Assembly: GCA_965206645.1 (NCBI GenBank)
Contig: CBDBKE010000002.1
Coordinates: 256,001 to 320,000, forward strand
DNA from: Terriglobia bacterium
GTDB lineage: Bacteria; Acidobacteriota; Terriglobia; JAJPHL01; JAPKYU01
Reading direction: 5' to 3'
Length of the DNA: 64,000 nt
Below are positions 44,441-54,739 of the stretch, piece after piece. A program made the position numbers and the translations under genes. Each line of letters begins with the position of its first letter. Position 1 is the stretch's first letter. The notes beneath the pieces were generated by a model. It had not been told where the DNA came from. It did not search any database and was given only the letters and a program-made list of their open reading frames with translations.

Positions 44441-45361
44441 ATGCTGATCATCGACACGCACACGCACATTTACTCTCCTGACGAGAAGCGCTATCCGCCA
44501 GCCAAAGAGCGATTGGAGCACGGTTGGAAGGGAGAACCGATGTCCAAGCCGCTCCGGCCGCCCGGAAAGGCGTCTCTGGAGGACTTGCGCCAGGAGAGCC
44601 GGGCCAACGGAGTGGCCGCCGTCTGCGCCATCCAGACGGCTACGTTCTACCGTTGGGACAACCGTTATATCTGCGACAGCGCGCGCAGCAATCCGGATTG
44701 GGTCGCGGGGGTGTGCACGCTCGACCCGGATGATCCCCACAGTCTTAGCATCTTGACCCACGACACCGAAGTTTACGGGCTCCGCGGACTGCGAAGCTTC
44801 CCTGGCAAGGACGGTTTAGACAGCGATGGAGTGAGAGCCCTGTGGAAGACTGCCGCCGATCTCGGGATCGTCGTGAATGTTCTGGTTTGCATTGGGCCGA
44901 CTCCGGAGGGCGGCTGGGATTCGGGGAAGGATTATCTGCCCGCTCTGCACCGCATGTTGAAGGACTTTCCGGGGCTCCTCGTCGCCCTCGATCATTCTCT
45001 GTGCATGGGGGCCGGGCATCCCGGTACTGGCGAGGCTCTAGAGGCATTGCAGCGACTTGCCGAACACAAGAATCTCCACACAAAGATGAGCTGGGTGGCC
45101 TCTGGCAGCAAGGAGCCCTATCCCTGCAGGGATACACATCCTCTTTGCTACAAAATCATTGATGCCTTCGGCCCCGAACGCTGCGCTTGGGGCAGCTCGT
45201 ATCCATCCGCGCTGTGGACGCCGAAACTGGGGTACCGCGACCACCTCAAGATTTTTACCCACGAACTCAAGTTAAAGAGTGAGGCGCGGGCAGCGGTGCT
45301 CGGCGAAACTGCACGAAGGCTGTGGTTTAAGGATTCCCGTCTGAAAGCCTTGGAAGCTTAG
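44441..45361 (+). CDS. Amidohydrolase_2 family protein
   Basis: IIDTHTH, LDH and FGPERCAWGSSYP. Confidence 0.88.
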   Translation: MLIIDTHTHIYSPDEKRYPPAKERLEHGWKGEPMSKPLRPPGKASLEDLRQESRANGVAAVCAIQTATFYRWDNRYICDSARSNPDWVAGVCTLDPDDPHSLSILTHDTEVYGLRGLRSFPGKDGLDSDGVRALWKTAADLGIVVNVLVCIGPTPEGGWDSGKDYLPALHRMLKDFPGLLVALDHSLCMGAGHPGTGEALEALQRLAEHKNLHTKMSWVASGSKEPYPCRDTHPLCYKIIDAFGPERCAWGSSYPSALWTPKLGYRDHLKIFTHELKLKSEARAAVLGETARRLWFKDSRLKALEA

Positions 45362-45482
45362 GAGTCGGCACCGATCCGTCGAAAACCCGGTCGCCAAGCG
45401 CCCGCTCGTCGAGAGCTCGATAGGCGAATGCGCCTTCAATAGGTAGGGGTATAATCGGTGAAGACACCAAAGTGATGGTTCT

Positions 45483-47072
45483 GTGACGAGCTTGTTCCTC
45501 AGTTTTCTGATTTCGGCATCCGCTGCGCCAACAGATGCGTGTGCCATCTGCCATCCGAAAGAGGTAAATGAATATGCACGTACTGGGATGGGCCGATCCC
45601 TGTCCCGACCCAATGAGCAGCCTGCCGGCAGTTTCACGCACTCGGCCTCTGGCACCAAGTTCACGATAGTCTCCAGTCCATCGGGGATGCGGCAGCGAAT
45701 CGAGCTGAAGGGCGTACGGGCCGAGCATGAAATCGCCTACGTTGTCGGCTCGGGAAATCACGGTTTTTCTTACCTGGTACGTGTTGGCGACTCTCTTTTC
45801 CAGTCACCGCTCGCTTATTACACGCGGCGGCAGAAGTGGGATATGGCGCCGGGCTTCGAAAAACACCCGTATCCGGATTTTGACCGTCCGGTGACGCTGA
45901 AGTGCTTGCTGTGTCACTCCGGGCGGCCCATGCCGGTCCGCGGCACGCTGAATCGCTACGAGCAGCCGGAGTTTGCCGCCGAGGCGATCTCGTGTGAGCG
46001 ATGTCACGGCCCTACTGAGGCTCATCTCCAACAGCCTTCATCAACTAACATTGTTAATCCTCGAAAGCTTCCACAGCGGGCGCGCGACAGCGTCTGCGAG
46101 CAATGCCATATCGCGGGCGAGACCCGAATCCCCAATCCAGGTCTTTCGATCGCCGACTTCCAACCCGGCCAACGGCTGGAAGACGTATTCTCTGTATACG
46201 TCTTCGAGCGCACGCGCGCGACTTCCGAGGATGACGAGCTTAAAGTGGTAAGCCACGTCGAACACCTCTCACTCAGTGAATGCTTCCGAAAGAGCGCGGG
46301 GAAGATGTGGTGCGGTTCCTGCCATAACCCGCACGAAAACCCGACAAGTCCCCAACCGTACTACCGCGCCAGGTGCCTCGCCTGCCATGGCGCAACGCTG
46401 GCCAAGCAGCACGCCGCTGCTTCGCGCAACTGCATAGGCTGCCATATGTCGAAGCGGGAAGTCAGCGATGGGGGCCACACGGTCTTTACCGACCACCGCA
46501 TCTCAAGACTTCCAGGAAAAACCGGCACAGGAGGACAAGGCCAGAAGCTCGTCGCCTGGCGTAAGCCGGCCGGCCGGTTAGCAATTCGGAACCTGGGCCT
46601 TGCCAACATCTCAGTTGGACGAGATGACCTATCCGCCTATCACTACAAGGAAGGCGCCCGGCTGCTCTCCCTCTACCAGAAGTCGTCGCCTGGGGACCCA
46701 GCGGTCTTGGAAGCCCGTGGCTGGGCCTATCACTTCGCTCGCTCACATTCCCTGGCACTGCGGTTCTTCAGGGAGGCGCTTCGCTTGCAACCAGGGTCCG
46801 CTTCCGCCCATCGGAGCGTCGCCATAGCCTGGGAGAAGGTGGGTGATCGGGGCAAGGCAATTGCCGCTCTGGATCGGGCCATCAAGCTTGATCCTTCCTA
46901 TTCCCGCGCCTACATCGAATTGAGTAGAATTTATTCGGAAGCCCGCCAGTTAGACAAAGTTCACGAGACTATTTCCCGATTTCTCAAAGTCATGCCGAAC
47001 AGCCTTTCGGCGCGCAGGGCCCTGCAGCGAGCTAAGAACCAGGCGGCCAAAAAAGATCGCCTGCCCGAGTAG
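45483..47072 (+). CDS. Multiheme c-type cytochrome with C-terminal TPRs
   Basis: Signal-like N-terminus; seven CxxCH motifs (CAICH, CLLCH, CERCH, CEQCH, CGSCH, CLACH, CIGCH); TDHRI; TPR helices. Confidence 0.88.
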   Translation: MTSLFLSFLISASAAPTDACAICHPKEVNEYARTGMGRSLSRPNEQPAGSFTHSASGTKFTIVSSPSGMRQRIELKGVRAEHEIAYVVGSGNHGFSYLVRVGDSLFQSPLAYYTRRQKWDMAPGFEKHPYPDFDRPVTLKCLLCHSGRPMPVRGTLNRYEQPEFAAEAISCERCHGPTEAHLQQPSSTNIVNPRKLPQRARDSVCEQCHIAGETRIPNPGLSIADFQPGQRLEDVFSVYVFERTRATSEDDELKVVSHVEHLSLSECFRKSAGKMWCGSCHNPHENPTSPQPYYRARCLACHGATLAKQHAAASRNCIGCHMSKREVSDGGHTVFTDHRISRLPGKTGTGGQGQKLVAWRKPAGRLAIRNLGLANISVGRDDLSAYHYKEGARLLSLYQKSSPGDPAVLEARGWAYHFARSHSLALRFFREALRLQPGSASAHRSVAIAWEKVGDRGKAIAALDRAIKLDPSYSRAYIELSRIYSEARQLDKVHETISRFLKVMPNSLSARRALQRAKNQAAKKDRLPE

Positions 47073-47148
47073 ATTGTTCCCGCGACTGCTGTTTCGTGCA
47101 CACAATCATCAGGGTCGTTCCTTCGCAGGGTCTCCTGGGCGGAATCGC

Positions 47149-47235
47149 GGCGGCCTCTGCCGACCTGGACAACGACGGTGACATTGAGATCGTGGTCTCG
47201 AATGTCGGCCAAAACTCCTATATCCTAAGAGAATG
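47149..47235 (+). pseudogene. Remnant of another CRTAC1/FG-GAP gene
   Basis: Reads AASADLDNDGDIEIVVSNVGQNSYILRE*, paralogous to ALGDLDNDGDLEIVVVNMHEPPSLLKN in the next gene. Confidence 0.65.
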
Positions 47236-47248
47236 AGTAGAAGGGAGA

Positions 47249-49180
47249 ATGGGGAAAAGGAATAAGCCATTCGTGCCTCCTCAGGTTCGAATTCTCCGAT
47301 TCTTCTCACGATCTGCGAGCCGAAAACCTGGCGGCTGGGCGGCGGGTTCATTGCCCCTGCTGCTTGGGCTTGCCGTCGCTTTACTGGTGGGCGGTCTTCC
47401 GCGTCAGGCTCTGCCGCAGGGCGTCGCCGTGAGTTCACGGAAGGCCCAGCCGGCCAGGCCGCTCCCTCCGGGAATGAAGCCGCCGCAGGTGAACTATAAA
47501 GACTTGGCCCGGGAGGCTGGCCTTACCGGAAGGAACATTTCCGGCGCCGAGCAGAACAAAACCTGGATTGTGGAAACCACAGGCACGGGCCTCGCGCTGA
47601 TCGACTACGACAACGATGACCTGCTGGACATCCTGCTGGTGAACGCGGATCGCTTTGACGACTCTGGGCCGCAACCGCGCCACTACCTCTACCGCAACCT
47701 CGGAAACTTGAAATTCGAGGACGTCACCAAAGAAGCTGGCTTGGTCCACACGGGCTGGGCGCAAGGTGTTTGCGCCGGCGACGTAGACAACGACGGCCAC
47801 ATGGACCTGCTGATCACTCACTGGGGCCAGAACGTATTGTTCCGCAACCAGGGCACCGGGACTTTCCGGGATGAAACCAAGGCTCGGGGGTTGTCCGTAC
47901 CGGCGCGGCGCTGGAGCACCGGCTGTTCGTTCTTCGATTACGACCGCGACGGGGACCTGGATCTGTTCGTTGCCAACTATGTGGAGTTTGATCCCGCCTC
48001 AACGCCGCGTCCGGGCGAGAATTCCAACTGCAGGTGGAAAGGTTTCCCGGTGATCTGCGGGCCGCGCGGGCTGCCCCCGGAGACCATGTCGCTCTACCAG
48101 AATGACGGCCGCGGCTCTTTCACCGATGTCTCAGAGAAAGCCAACGTCGCCGGGCCAAAAGAGTTCTACGGATTCACAGCGCTGAGCGGAGACTTTGACG
48201 ACGACGGCTGGCCCGACATGTACGTAGCCTGCGACTCCACTGCCAGCATGCTCTATCGCAACCGCCGCGACGGCACCTTCGAAGAGATCGGCGTCTATTC
48301 GGGCGCGGCCTATAATGAAGACGGCCAGATGCAGGCTGGCATGGGCGCGGCAGCCGGCGATTATGACGGCGACGGTCACCTCGACATCCTGAAGACCAAC
48401 TTCTCCGGCGACGTCCCGAACCTGTACCGCAACCTCGGAGACGGCACCTTCTCCGACGTGACGGTGCCAGCCGGGTTGGCAATCCACACGAAATTTCTCG
48501 GCTGGGGGGCGGCCTTCCTGGACTTCGACCAGGACGGCTGGAAGGACATTTTCTTAGCGAACGGGCACGTCTACCCGGAGGTGGACCAGTTGCCGATCAA
48601 CGAGAAGTTCCACCAGCAGCGATTGCTCTTCTGGAACAGGCGCGACAAACAGTTCTATGACATCTCCCCACAGGCCGGCGAGGGAATCCAAGCGAAGCAC
48701 TCCTCCCGGGGCGTCGCGCTAGGCGACCTGGATAACGACGGGGATCTGGAGATCGTCGTCGTCAACATGCACGAACCCCCGTCGCTGCTGAAGAATTTCG
48801 GGGAGAAAGGCAACGCGTTGCTGATTCGCGCCCTCCATCGTTCCGGCCGCGACGCGGTCGGAGCGCGCCTGACGCTGACCTCAAAAGGAAAGAAACAGGT
48901 CGAAGAGGTGCGCAGCGGCGGCTACCACATTTCGCAGGGCGATTTCCGCGTCCACTTCGGACTTGGGACTGAAACCAAAGCCAATCTCACCATCCGCTGG
49001 CCGCAGGGCAAGGTCGAGACCTTTCGGGATCTTCTCGCCAACCACCTGATCGTGATTCAGGAAGGCAAGGGGATCGTGAAACGCAGATCTCACGGCCGAG
49101 AAAAGCGAGTTAGTCAATCTCCGCTTGGCTTCGATAGGGTTTCGGCTTCGGGTCCAACCACTCAACGACCTTGTCCTTGA
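47249..49180 (+). CDS. CRTAC1-family protein (FG-GAP repeats + ASPIC/UnbV)
   Basis: Repeated DxDxDGxxD motifs and EVRSGG...VHFGLG...IRWP. Confidence 0.92.
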   Translation: MGKRNKPFVPPQVRILRFFSRSASRKPGGWAAGSLPLLLGLAVALLVGGLPRQALPQGVAVSSRKAQPARPLPPGMKPPQVNYKDLAREAGLTGRNISGAEQNKTWIVETTGTGLALIDYDNDDLLDILLVNADRFDDSGPQPRHYLYRNLGNLKFEDVTKEAGLVHTGWAQGVCAGDVDNDGHMDLLITHWGQNVLFRNQGTGTFRDETKARGLSVPARRWSTGCSFFDYDRDGDLDLFVANYVEFDPASTPRPGENSNCRWKGFPVICGPRGLPPETMSLYQNDGRGSFTDVSEKANVAGPKEFYGFTALSGDFDDDGWPDMYVACDSTASMLYRNRRDGTFEEIGVYSGAAYNEDGQMQAGMGAAAGDYDGDGHLDILKTNFSGDVPNLYRNLGDGTFSDVTVPAGLAIHTKFLGWGAAFLDFDQDGWKDIFLANGHVYPEVDQLPINEKFHQQRLLFWNRRDKQFYDISPQAGEGIQAKHSSRGVALGDLDNDGDLEIVVVNMHEPPSLLKNFGEKGNALLIRALHRSGRDAVGARLTLTSKGKKQVEEVRSGGYHISQGDFRVHFGLGTETKANLTIRWPQGKVETFRDLLANHLIVIQEGKGIVKRRSHGREKRVSQSPLGFDRVSASGPTTQRPCP

Positions 49181-50417
49181 TGGCCCAGGCACTGAAAAAG
49201 TTGCCCGACGGGTTGTAGTGCCCGATATAGTAGCGCTTGATGTAGGTATCGACGTCCAAGTTGAAACTCTTGAATTCGGCGAGATGCCATTCCCTCAAAT
49301 CCACGAACGGGTACTCCTGAGTCTTCAAGTAATCGACCAAAACTTGGTCAAAGCGATTCTCGCCCAGCAGGTGACGCTTCATATTCGCAGGACTATAGGA
49401 AAGAATGACGAAAAGTTTCTTGCAAGTCTCTCCGACGTATCTCTCCGTCATCTGGAGGATCTTGATGGTGGAGAAAAGAGCCGCCTGAGTGTGAATCTTC
49501 TCCAGGTCTTCTGCACCCACCGTGGCTCGGCCCCCGGGCGAGTAGGGCACTCCAAAATTTGCCGCCAGATTCGAGACCGCCTGGGCGGGAATGGGCCCTG
49601 CTTTCGCAGCCAGGACAGCTCGATGCAAGACCGGATCGTCCCCGAAAGTTTGTAAGACCCAGTTCAGGTCGCGGAGTTTGTACACGTACTGTGGCGTGGG
49701 GCAAAGATTCGGGACCTCGACAATGTGGTTCTTGGTCACGTTGACTCGAACGTGCGGGAGCGTCCCTTCACGGACATCGTGTCGGCCGATGCTCCGCCAA
49801 GAGTCGAGGTTGCGATAGTGGTCATCGTCGTAAATATTGAGGACAATGTATTCGGCCGGATGCGTCTTTTCGACAACTTTCATCCGTTTGTACGCTTGAT
49901 AGACGCTGTAGCCTCCAACGCCGAAATTTTCAATGGGCTCCCTCAAGTGGGCCGCTAAATATTCCTGCCACGTTTCACCGTCGCTAACCTGATCGCAGTG
50001 CGTGAAGCTGTCACCGTAGGTGTGGATCCGGGCCGTGGTATCGGCGAAATGCACTCTCCTCCGGGCGCCACTTTTTTCATAACGATAAAAAGTCCGCGAT
50101 CCATCAACACCCTCATCCTTTCGAATGGTATCCCGCAACACCCAACCCAACTCTGAATCATAGGTCCACCCCGCATTTGGATGGTAACCGGAGGCCGGCG
50201 CTTCTCCTATGTCGATGAAGTTCTGGATCTTCTCGATGGAGGGTAGAAGAGTCCTCAGATAATCGGTTTTTCGTTTCTCGAACGTTGTCGCGAAGTTCGG
50301 CTTCGCCGGAGGTTTGCCCTGCCCCAGCAAGAATGGTGGGTACATGCAGAGGGCTATCCAGCAGGCTAGTGAAGCTTTGAAAGCGGCAAGCATTCGGTGA
50401 GGACACATACAAATCAC
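49110..50417 (-). CDS. Secreted SGNH/GDSL hydrolase-like protein
   Basis: YGDSFT, NFGVGGY and GHYNPSGN; signal peptide; start uncertain. Confidence 0.75.
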   Translation of the reverse strand: MICMCPHRMLAAFKASLACWIALCMYPPFLLGQGKPPAKPNFATTFEKRKTDYLRTLLPSIEKIQNFIDIGEAPASGYHPNAGWTYDSELGWVLRDTIRKDEGVDGSRTFYRYEKSGARRRVHFADTTARIHTYGDSFTHCDQVSDGETWQEYLAAHLREPIENFGVGGYSVYQAYKRMKVVEKTHPAEYIVLNIYDDDHYRNLDSWRSIGRHDVREGTLPHVRVNVTKNHIVEVPNLCPTPQYVYKLRDLNWVLQTFGDDPVLHRAVLAAKAGPIPAQAVSNLAANFGVPYSPGGRATVGAEDLEKIHTQAALFSTIKILQMTERYVGETCKKLFVILSYSPANMKRHLLGENRFDQVLVDYLKTQEYPFVDLREWHLAEFKSFNLDVDTYIKRYYIGHYNPSGNFFSAWAIKDKVVEWLDPKPKPYRSQAEID

Positions 50418-50532
50418 TCCTTGGCTAGATCATTCTAGCTCGACGGACACAATCTGGAGGCGACCGTTATGGGATAGAATCTTAACCTCGAAAGCGAACC
50501 TACTCATTGCCGTTAGGTATGGAGTGCTCCAC

Positions 50533-52215
50533 ATGAATAGGAAATCCAAACCTACCATCCAAGGCTATACCGATCAACTCAGTGTCAAGGCCGGCGATCA
50601 GATCGGGCTCCACATTTCAACCGACGCCGAGAGGTACTCGGTTGAGATCGCCCGGGTGGGCGCGAAAAGGGAGGTGGTCTGGACCAAAGAAGGTCTGCCA
50701 GGCGAGGAGTGTCCGGTTCCAGAGAATTGTGTCTCGCATGGATGCAACTGGCCACTGGCGCTGAAAGTGCCGGTGCCGGAGCATTGGAAGTCTGGCTACT
50801 ACAGCGTGACCTTGCACGGTTCCGGGCTTGGGTCCGGGCACGGTTCCGGCCGCAGCAACCAGAGTGCAACAGGCCAGAGTGCGACAGGAGAGATGTCCTT
50901 TGTGGTCCGAGCGGCGCATCCCGGTCGAGACTCAAAGATTCTGCTGCAGCGGAGCACAAACACCGACAACGCTTACAACACCTGGGGCGGCGCGGATCTG
51001 TATCGAGGTGCGGATGGGCCCGCACGGCGGGTTTCCTTCGACCGCCCCTTTGCGGGCTTTGCCGGATTCGAGGGAAGGTTCTTGTTTAGCATCGGAGCCG
51101 AGTGCCAAGCCGATCTGGAGGAAGGAACGATCTCGCCTCGGCTTCGGACAGAATTCTCAAAGCACGGTGTCTCATTCACGGACCTTGCAACCATTACCAC
51201 CAAGAGCGGCCAAGCCGAGGGTGCGTCTGACGAGCAGACCGGCACCCAATGGCATATCCTCGAACCCGCAGTGACTTTCCGGATCCAAAAGGGCCGGATC
51301 CAGAAAGGGAAAAAGGAGCTTCAAGTCTTCGACGGGTTTAGCACCTTTCAAAGCTGCTGGGCAAATTGGGAACGGCCGTTCGTTGAGTGGGCCGAGAGGG
51401 CCGGGTATAGGTTTGACTATGCCGTCAACTCGGACCTGGAGTTCCACCCCGAAATCCTTCAACACTATCGGCTCGTTTTGAGCGTCGGACACGACGAGTA
51501 CTGGTCATCGCCCATGCGCGATCACTTGGAGGCGTTCATTGCCGGTGGAGGCAACGTGGCTTTCCTCAGCGGCAACGTCGTTTATTGGCAGGTCCGTTCC
51601 GAAGACGGCGGCCATGCTCTGGTGTGCTGGAAGGAAGCCTACAAGCAGGACCCTTATTACAAAAGCAACCCCAAGCTGCTGACCACACTGTGGTGTAGTC
51701 GCCTGATCAACCGGCCCGAGAATCAACTCACTGGAGTCAGTTACGCCTATGGAGGCTACCATCGCTTTTTCGATCAGTTCCGGGATGGGTCGGGAGCTTA
51801 CACAGTCCATCGGCCCAACCACTGGATTTTTGAAGGGACTGGTCTGAGACAAGGAGATCTTTTCGGCGCAGCGAACAAGATCGTTGGTTATGAGTGCGAC
51901 GGCTGCCTTTTCGAGCTGCAGGATGGACTTCCTGTCGCCACCCATCGTGACGGCACCCCCGATGGCTTTCAAATCCTTGCTACCGGTCCTGCGGGGCTGT
52001 GCGCCGGCGATGGCTCGCTCGGCTGGATTCAGGAGGCGCTGTACGGCGACAGCTCGGCGCAGCACCCCCAACCGGGCGCGGCAGTCCTTGGTGCCTACAC
52101 CCGCGGGGGCACTGTAGTCACCGCGGGCTCAACGAACTGGTCCGATGGCCTGCGCGGTGGGGACAAAGTGGTGGAAAGGATAACTCGTAATATTCTGGAC
52201 CGGCTCTCGTCGTAA
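50533..52215 (+). CDS. N,N-dimethylformamidase beta-subunit-like protein
   Basis: GYTDQLSV, WKSGYY, NAYNTWGG, VSFDRP, SVGHDEYWS, GGNVAFLSGN and GYECD. Confidence 0.85.
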   Translation: MNRKSKPTIQGYTDQLSVKAGDQIGLHISTDAERYSVEIARVGAKREVVWTKEGLPGEECPVPENCVSHGCNWPLALKVPVPEHWKSGYYSVTLHGSGLGSGHGSGRSNQSATGQSATGEMSFVVRAAHPGRDSKILLQRSTNTDNAYNTWGGADLYRGADGPARRVSFDRPFAGFAGFEGRFLFSIGAECQADLEEGTISPRLRTEFSKHGVSFTDLATITTKSGQAEGASDEQTGTQWHILEPAVTFRIQKGRIQKGKKELQVFDGFSTFQSCWANWERPFVEWAERAGYRFDYAVNSDLEFHPEILQHYRLVLSVGHDEYWSSPMRDHLEAFIAGGGNVAFLSGNVVYWQVRSEDGGHALVCWKEAYKQDPYYKSNPKLLTTLWCSRLINRPENQLTGVSYAYGGYHRFFDQFRDGSGAYTVHRPNHWIFEGTGLRQGDLFGAANKIVGYECDGCLFELQDGLPVATHRDGTPDGFQILATGPAGLCAGDGSLGWIQEALYGDSSAQHPQPGAAVLGAYTRGGTVVTAGSTNWSDGLRGGDKVVERITRNILDRLSS

Positions 52216-52272
52216 GAGATTGGACCCTGTTTCGCTTGACGGACTGAGTCCGCAAGCCAGAAGGTGTGAACC

Positions 52273-53082
52273 ATGAGTTTGTCGAAGATCGTTGCGCTGG
52301 GCACCGGGATTTACCATCACTATGGCCTGGAGGCTGCACTGAAAGGGATTCGGCGGGCCGGGTGCGGCTATGTGGAGATGGCAGCCAACCCACCACACGC
52401 AGAACACGTTTCCCCCGACATGGACGACGCTGCAGTCGAGGCTCTGCTGGCCAAGCTTCAGCAGTACAGTCTCAAGGTCGTGGCTCTAAACGGCAACATC
52501 GGCATGATGAGGAAAAGCGACGTCGAGCGATCCAAAAGACTCATCAGCCTTGCTCCGAAGCTTGGCGCCGCCATTATGGTGAATACAGTCGGCGGAGCCG
52601 GCCTGGAAGAGGATTTACCCCCGTTTCTGGCCAACGTCGGTGAAGTGGCGGACCATGCCCGAAAAAACGGTGTCACGATTGGCCTGGAAGTGCACGGCAA
52701 GCACACTGCCAACGGCAAACTCGCTTTGGATACGGTTCGCGCGGTCAATGATCCAAACGTGAAGATCAACTACGACACCGCCAACTGCATCTATTTCGGC
52801 GATACCTTGCCCTACGAAGACCTGCAGGTTGCTGTCCCCGAAATGGCGCACATCCATTTGAAGGATAAGATCGGCGGCAAGGGAGTATGGAACTTTCCGC
52901 CCATAGGGACGGGCGAAATTGACTTCGAAAAGGTGCTTAACATCCTGGACGACGGGGGCTATCGAGGTGCGTTGAGCGTGGAGATCGAGTTCGACGACCG
53001 GGGCTGGCCTCCTGTTGCCGAGGTGGACGAAGCTGCAAGCTCCGCCTACCGCAACCTCATGCGATTGCTGGAGGCGCACTAG
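52273..53082 (+). CDS. Sugar phosphate isomerase/epimerase (AP endonuclease 2 TIM barrel)
   Basis: LEVH, YDTAN, HIHLKD and SVEIE. Confidence 0.88.
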   Translation: MSLSKIVALGTGIYHHYGLEAALKGIRRAGCGYVEMAANPPHAEHVSPDMDDAAVEALLAKLQQYSLKVVALNGNIGMMRKSDVERSKRLISLAPKLGAAIMVNTVGGAGLEEDLPPFLANVGEVADHARKNGVTIGLEVHGKHTANGKLALDTVRAVNDPNVKINYDTANCIYFGDTLPYEDLQVAVPEMAHIHLKDKIGGKGVWNFPPIGTGEIDFEKVLNILDDGGYRGALSVEIEFDDRGWPPVAEVDEAASSAYRNLMRLLEAH

Positions 53083-53133
53083 CAGTGGCCGCGGGTTTCT
53101 GCCCACGGCCTGGGAGCAACCCTTGCTGGCGTG

Positions 53134-53907
53134 TCAGGCGTTCAGGTCTTTGAACGTCTCCTTCATCCGGCGATATCCGCCGACCACGACGGCCTGGTCG
53201 TTCTCTCCTTGCATAATGCGCGCGCCGCGCTTCAGCGCCTTCTTAGCATCCTCGCGACCGCCAACGGGCATTCCCCACCACTTGCCGTGCTTCGCGCAAG
53301 CCGCAGCTATTTTATCGGTCGCCTGCCGGATCAGCTTGTGGTCCATTTGACCGATGATGCCATAGCTCTGAGACAGGTCGCCCGGGCCTAGCAAGAGGAT
53401 ATCGATCCCCTCGGTCCCGGCGATCGCGTCCACCTCGTCAACCGCCTCTTTGTCTTCGATTATGACGGCGATCAAGATCTCGGTGTTGGCATGCTTGATA
53501 TATTCCGAACGATCGCTCGTGCCATAGTCGGAGTCAGAGCTGCCGCCGGATCCACGCAATCCCATGGGGGAAAACCTGGCGTCGCGAACAATGGAGCGGG
53601 CATCCTCGCCGCCCATGCAGTGGGGGACAATGATTCCGGTGGCGCCCGCTTCCAGCGGTTTGATGATCCCGGTGTATCCGGTGCGCGCGACCCGGACAAT
53701 GGAATCCATATCGTGGGCTCGCGCTGCCAGGATCATCTGCGACAGCTCGCCGTAGCTAAAGTCGCTATGCTCGTTTTCGAGCCAGACGCCATCGAAACCA
53801 ACGAAACCCATCATGTCCACCATCTTCCAGTAGGGGACGATCCAAGACTGCGTCATGACCACGTATTCTCCGCGTCTCAACTTTTCCAACATCAAGCTTC
53901 GTCTCAT
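53134..53907 (-). CDS. HpcH/HpaI aldolase family, copy 1
   Basis: GFDGVWLENEHS, LEAGATGIIVPH, P.G.RG, IIED and GPGDLS. Confidence 0.92.
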   Translation of the reverse strand: MRRSLMLEKLRRGEYVVMTQSWIVPYWKMVDMMGFVGFDGVWLENEHSDFSYGELSQMILAARAHDMDSIVRVARTGYTGIIKPLEAGATGIIVPHCMGGEDARSIVRDARFSPMGLRGSGGSSDSDYGTSDRSEYIKHANTEILIAVIIEDKEAVDEVDAIAGTEGIDILLLGPGDLSQSYGIIGQMDHKLIRQATDKIAAACAKHGKWWGMPVGGREDAKKALKRGARIMQGENDQAVVVGGYRRMKETFKDLNA

Positions 53908-53965
53908 CGGGCTCCAAGTGGTTTACGTGCTGTTCAATTCGGAAGTGGTTCAGCGACCATGCGTG

Positions 53966-54739
53966 TCAGGCGCTGAGGTTTTTGAACGACTCCTTCATCT
54001 TGCGAAACTCAGACACCAGGATGTCTTGCTCGTTGGCTGCTTGCATGACGCGCGCGCCGCGCTGAAACGCTTTCTTGGCAGCATCCCGATTGGCTACGGG
54101 CATTCCCCACCACTTGCCGTGCTTCGCACAAGCCTTCGCCATCGCGTCGATGGCGTCCTCGACAACCTTGTGGCGCGACTGCCCCACGAGGCCATAACTC
54201 TGAGACAGGTCCCCCGGGCCGAGCAGGAGCACATCAATCCCCTCGGTGCCGGCGATCGCGTCCACGTCATCAACCGCCTCTTTGTCTTCAATGATGACGG
54301 CGACCAAAGTCTCGCGGTTGGCATGCTTGTAATACTCCATTTCAGGGACCGTGCCGTATTCCGCGTCGACGCTGCCGCCGGAGCCACGCATTCCCATCGG
54401 CCCATACTTGGCTTCGCGGACAATGGCCTTCGCATCCTCGCCTCCCATGCAGTGGGGGACAATGATTCCAGTGGCACTGGCTTCCAGCACCTTGATGGTC
54501 CCGGTGTACCCGGTGCGCGCGATTCGGACAATCGAATCCATATCGTGGGCTCGCGCTGCCAGGATCATCTGCGACAGTTCGCTGTAGTTGAAGTCGCTAT
54601 GCTCGTTTTCAATCCAGACGCCATCAAAACCAATGACACCCATCATGTCGATCAGCTTCCAGTGAGGGAGGATAAAGCACTGGGCCATGACCACGTATTC
54701 TCCGCGTCTCAACTTTTCCAACATCAAGCTTCGTCTCAT
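53966..54739 (-). CDS. HpcH/HpaI aldolase family, copy 2
   Basis: Same motifs and same 257-aa length as copy 1. Confidence 0.92.
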   Translation of the reverse strand: MRRSLMLEKLRRGEYVVMAQCFILPHWKLIDMMGVIGFDGVWIENEHSDFNYSELSQMILAARAHDMDSIVRIARTGYTGTIKVLEASATGIIVPHCMGGEDAKAIVREAKYGPMGMRGSGGSVDAEYGTVPEMEYYKHANRETLVAVIIEDKEAVDDVDAIAGTEGIDVLLLGPGDLSQSYGLVGQSRHKVVEDAIDAMAKACAKHGKWWGMPVANRDAAKKAFQRGARVMQAANEQDILVSEFRKMKESFKNLSA

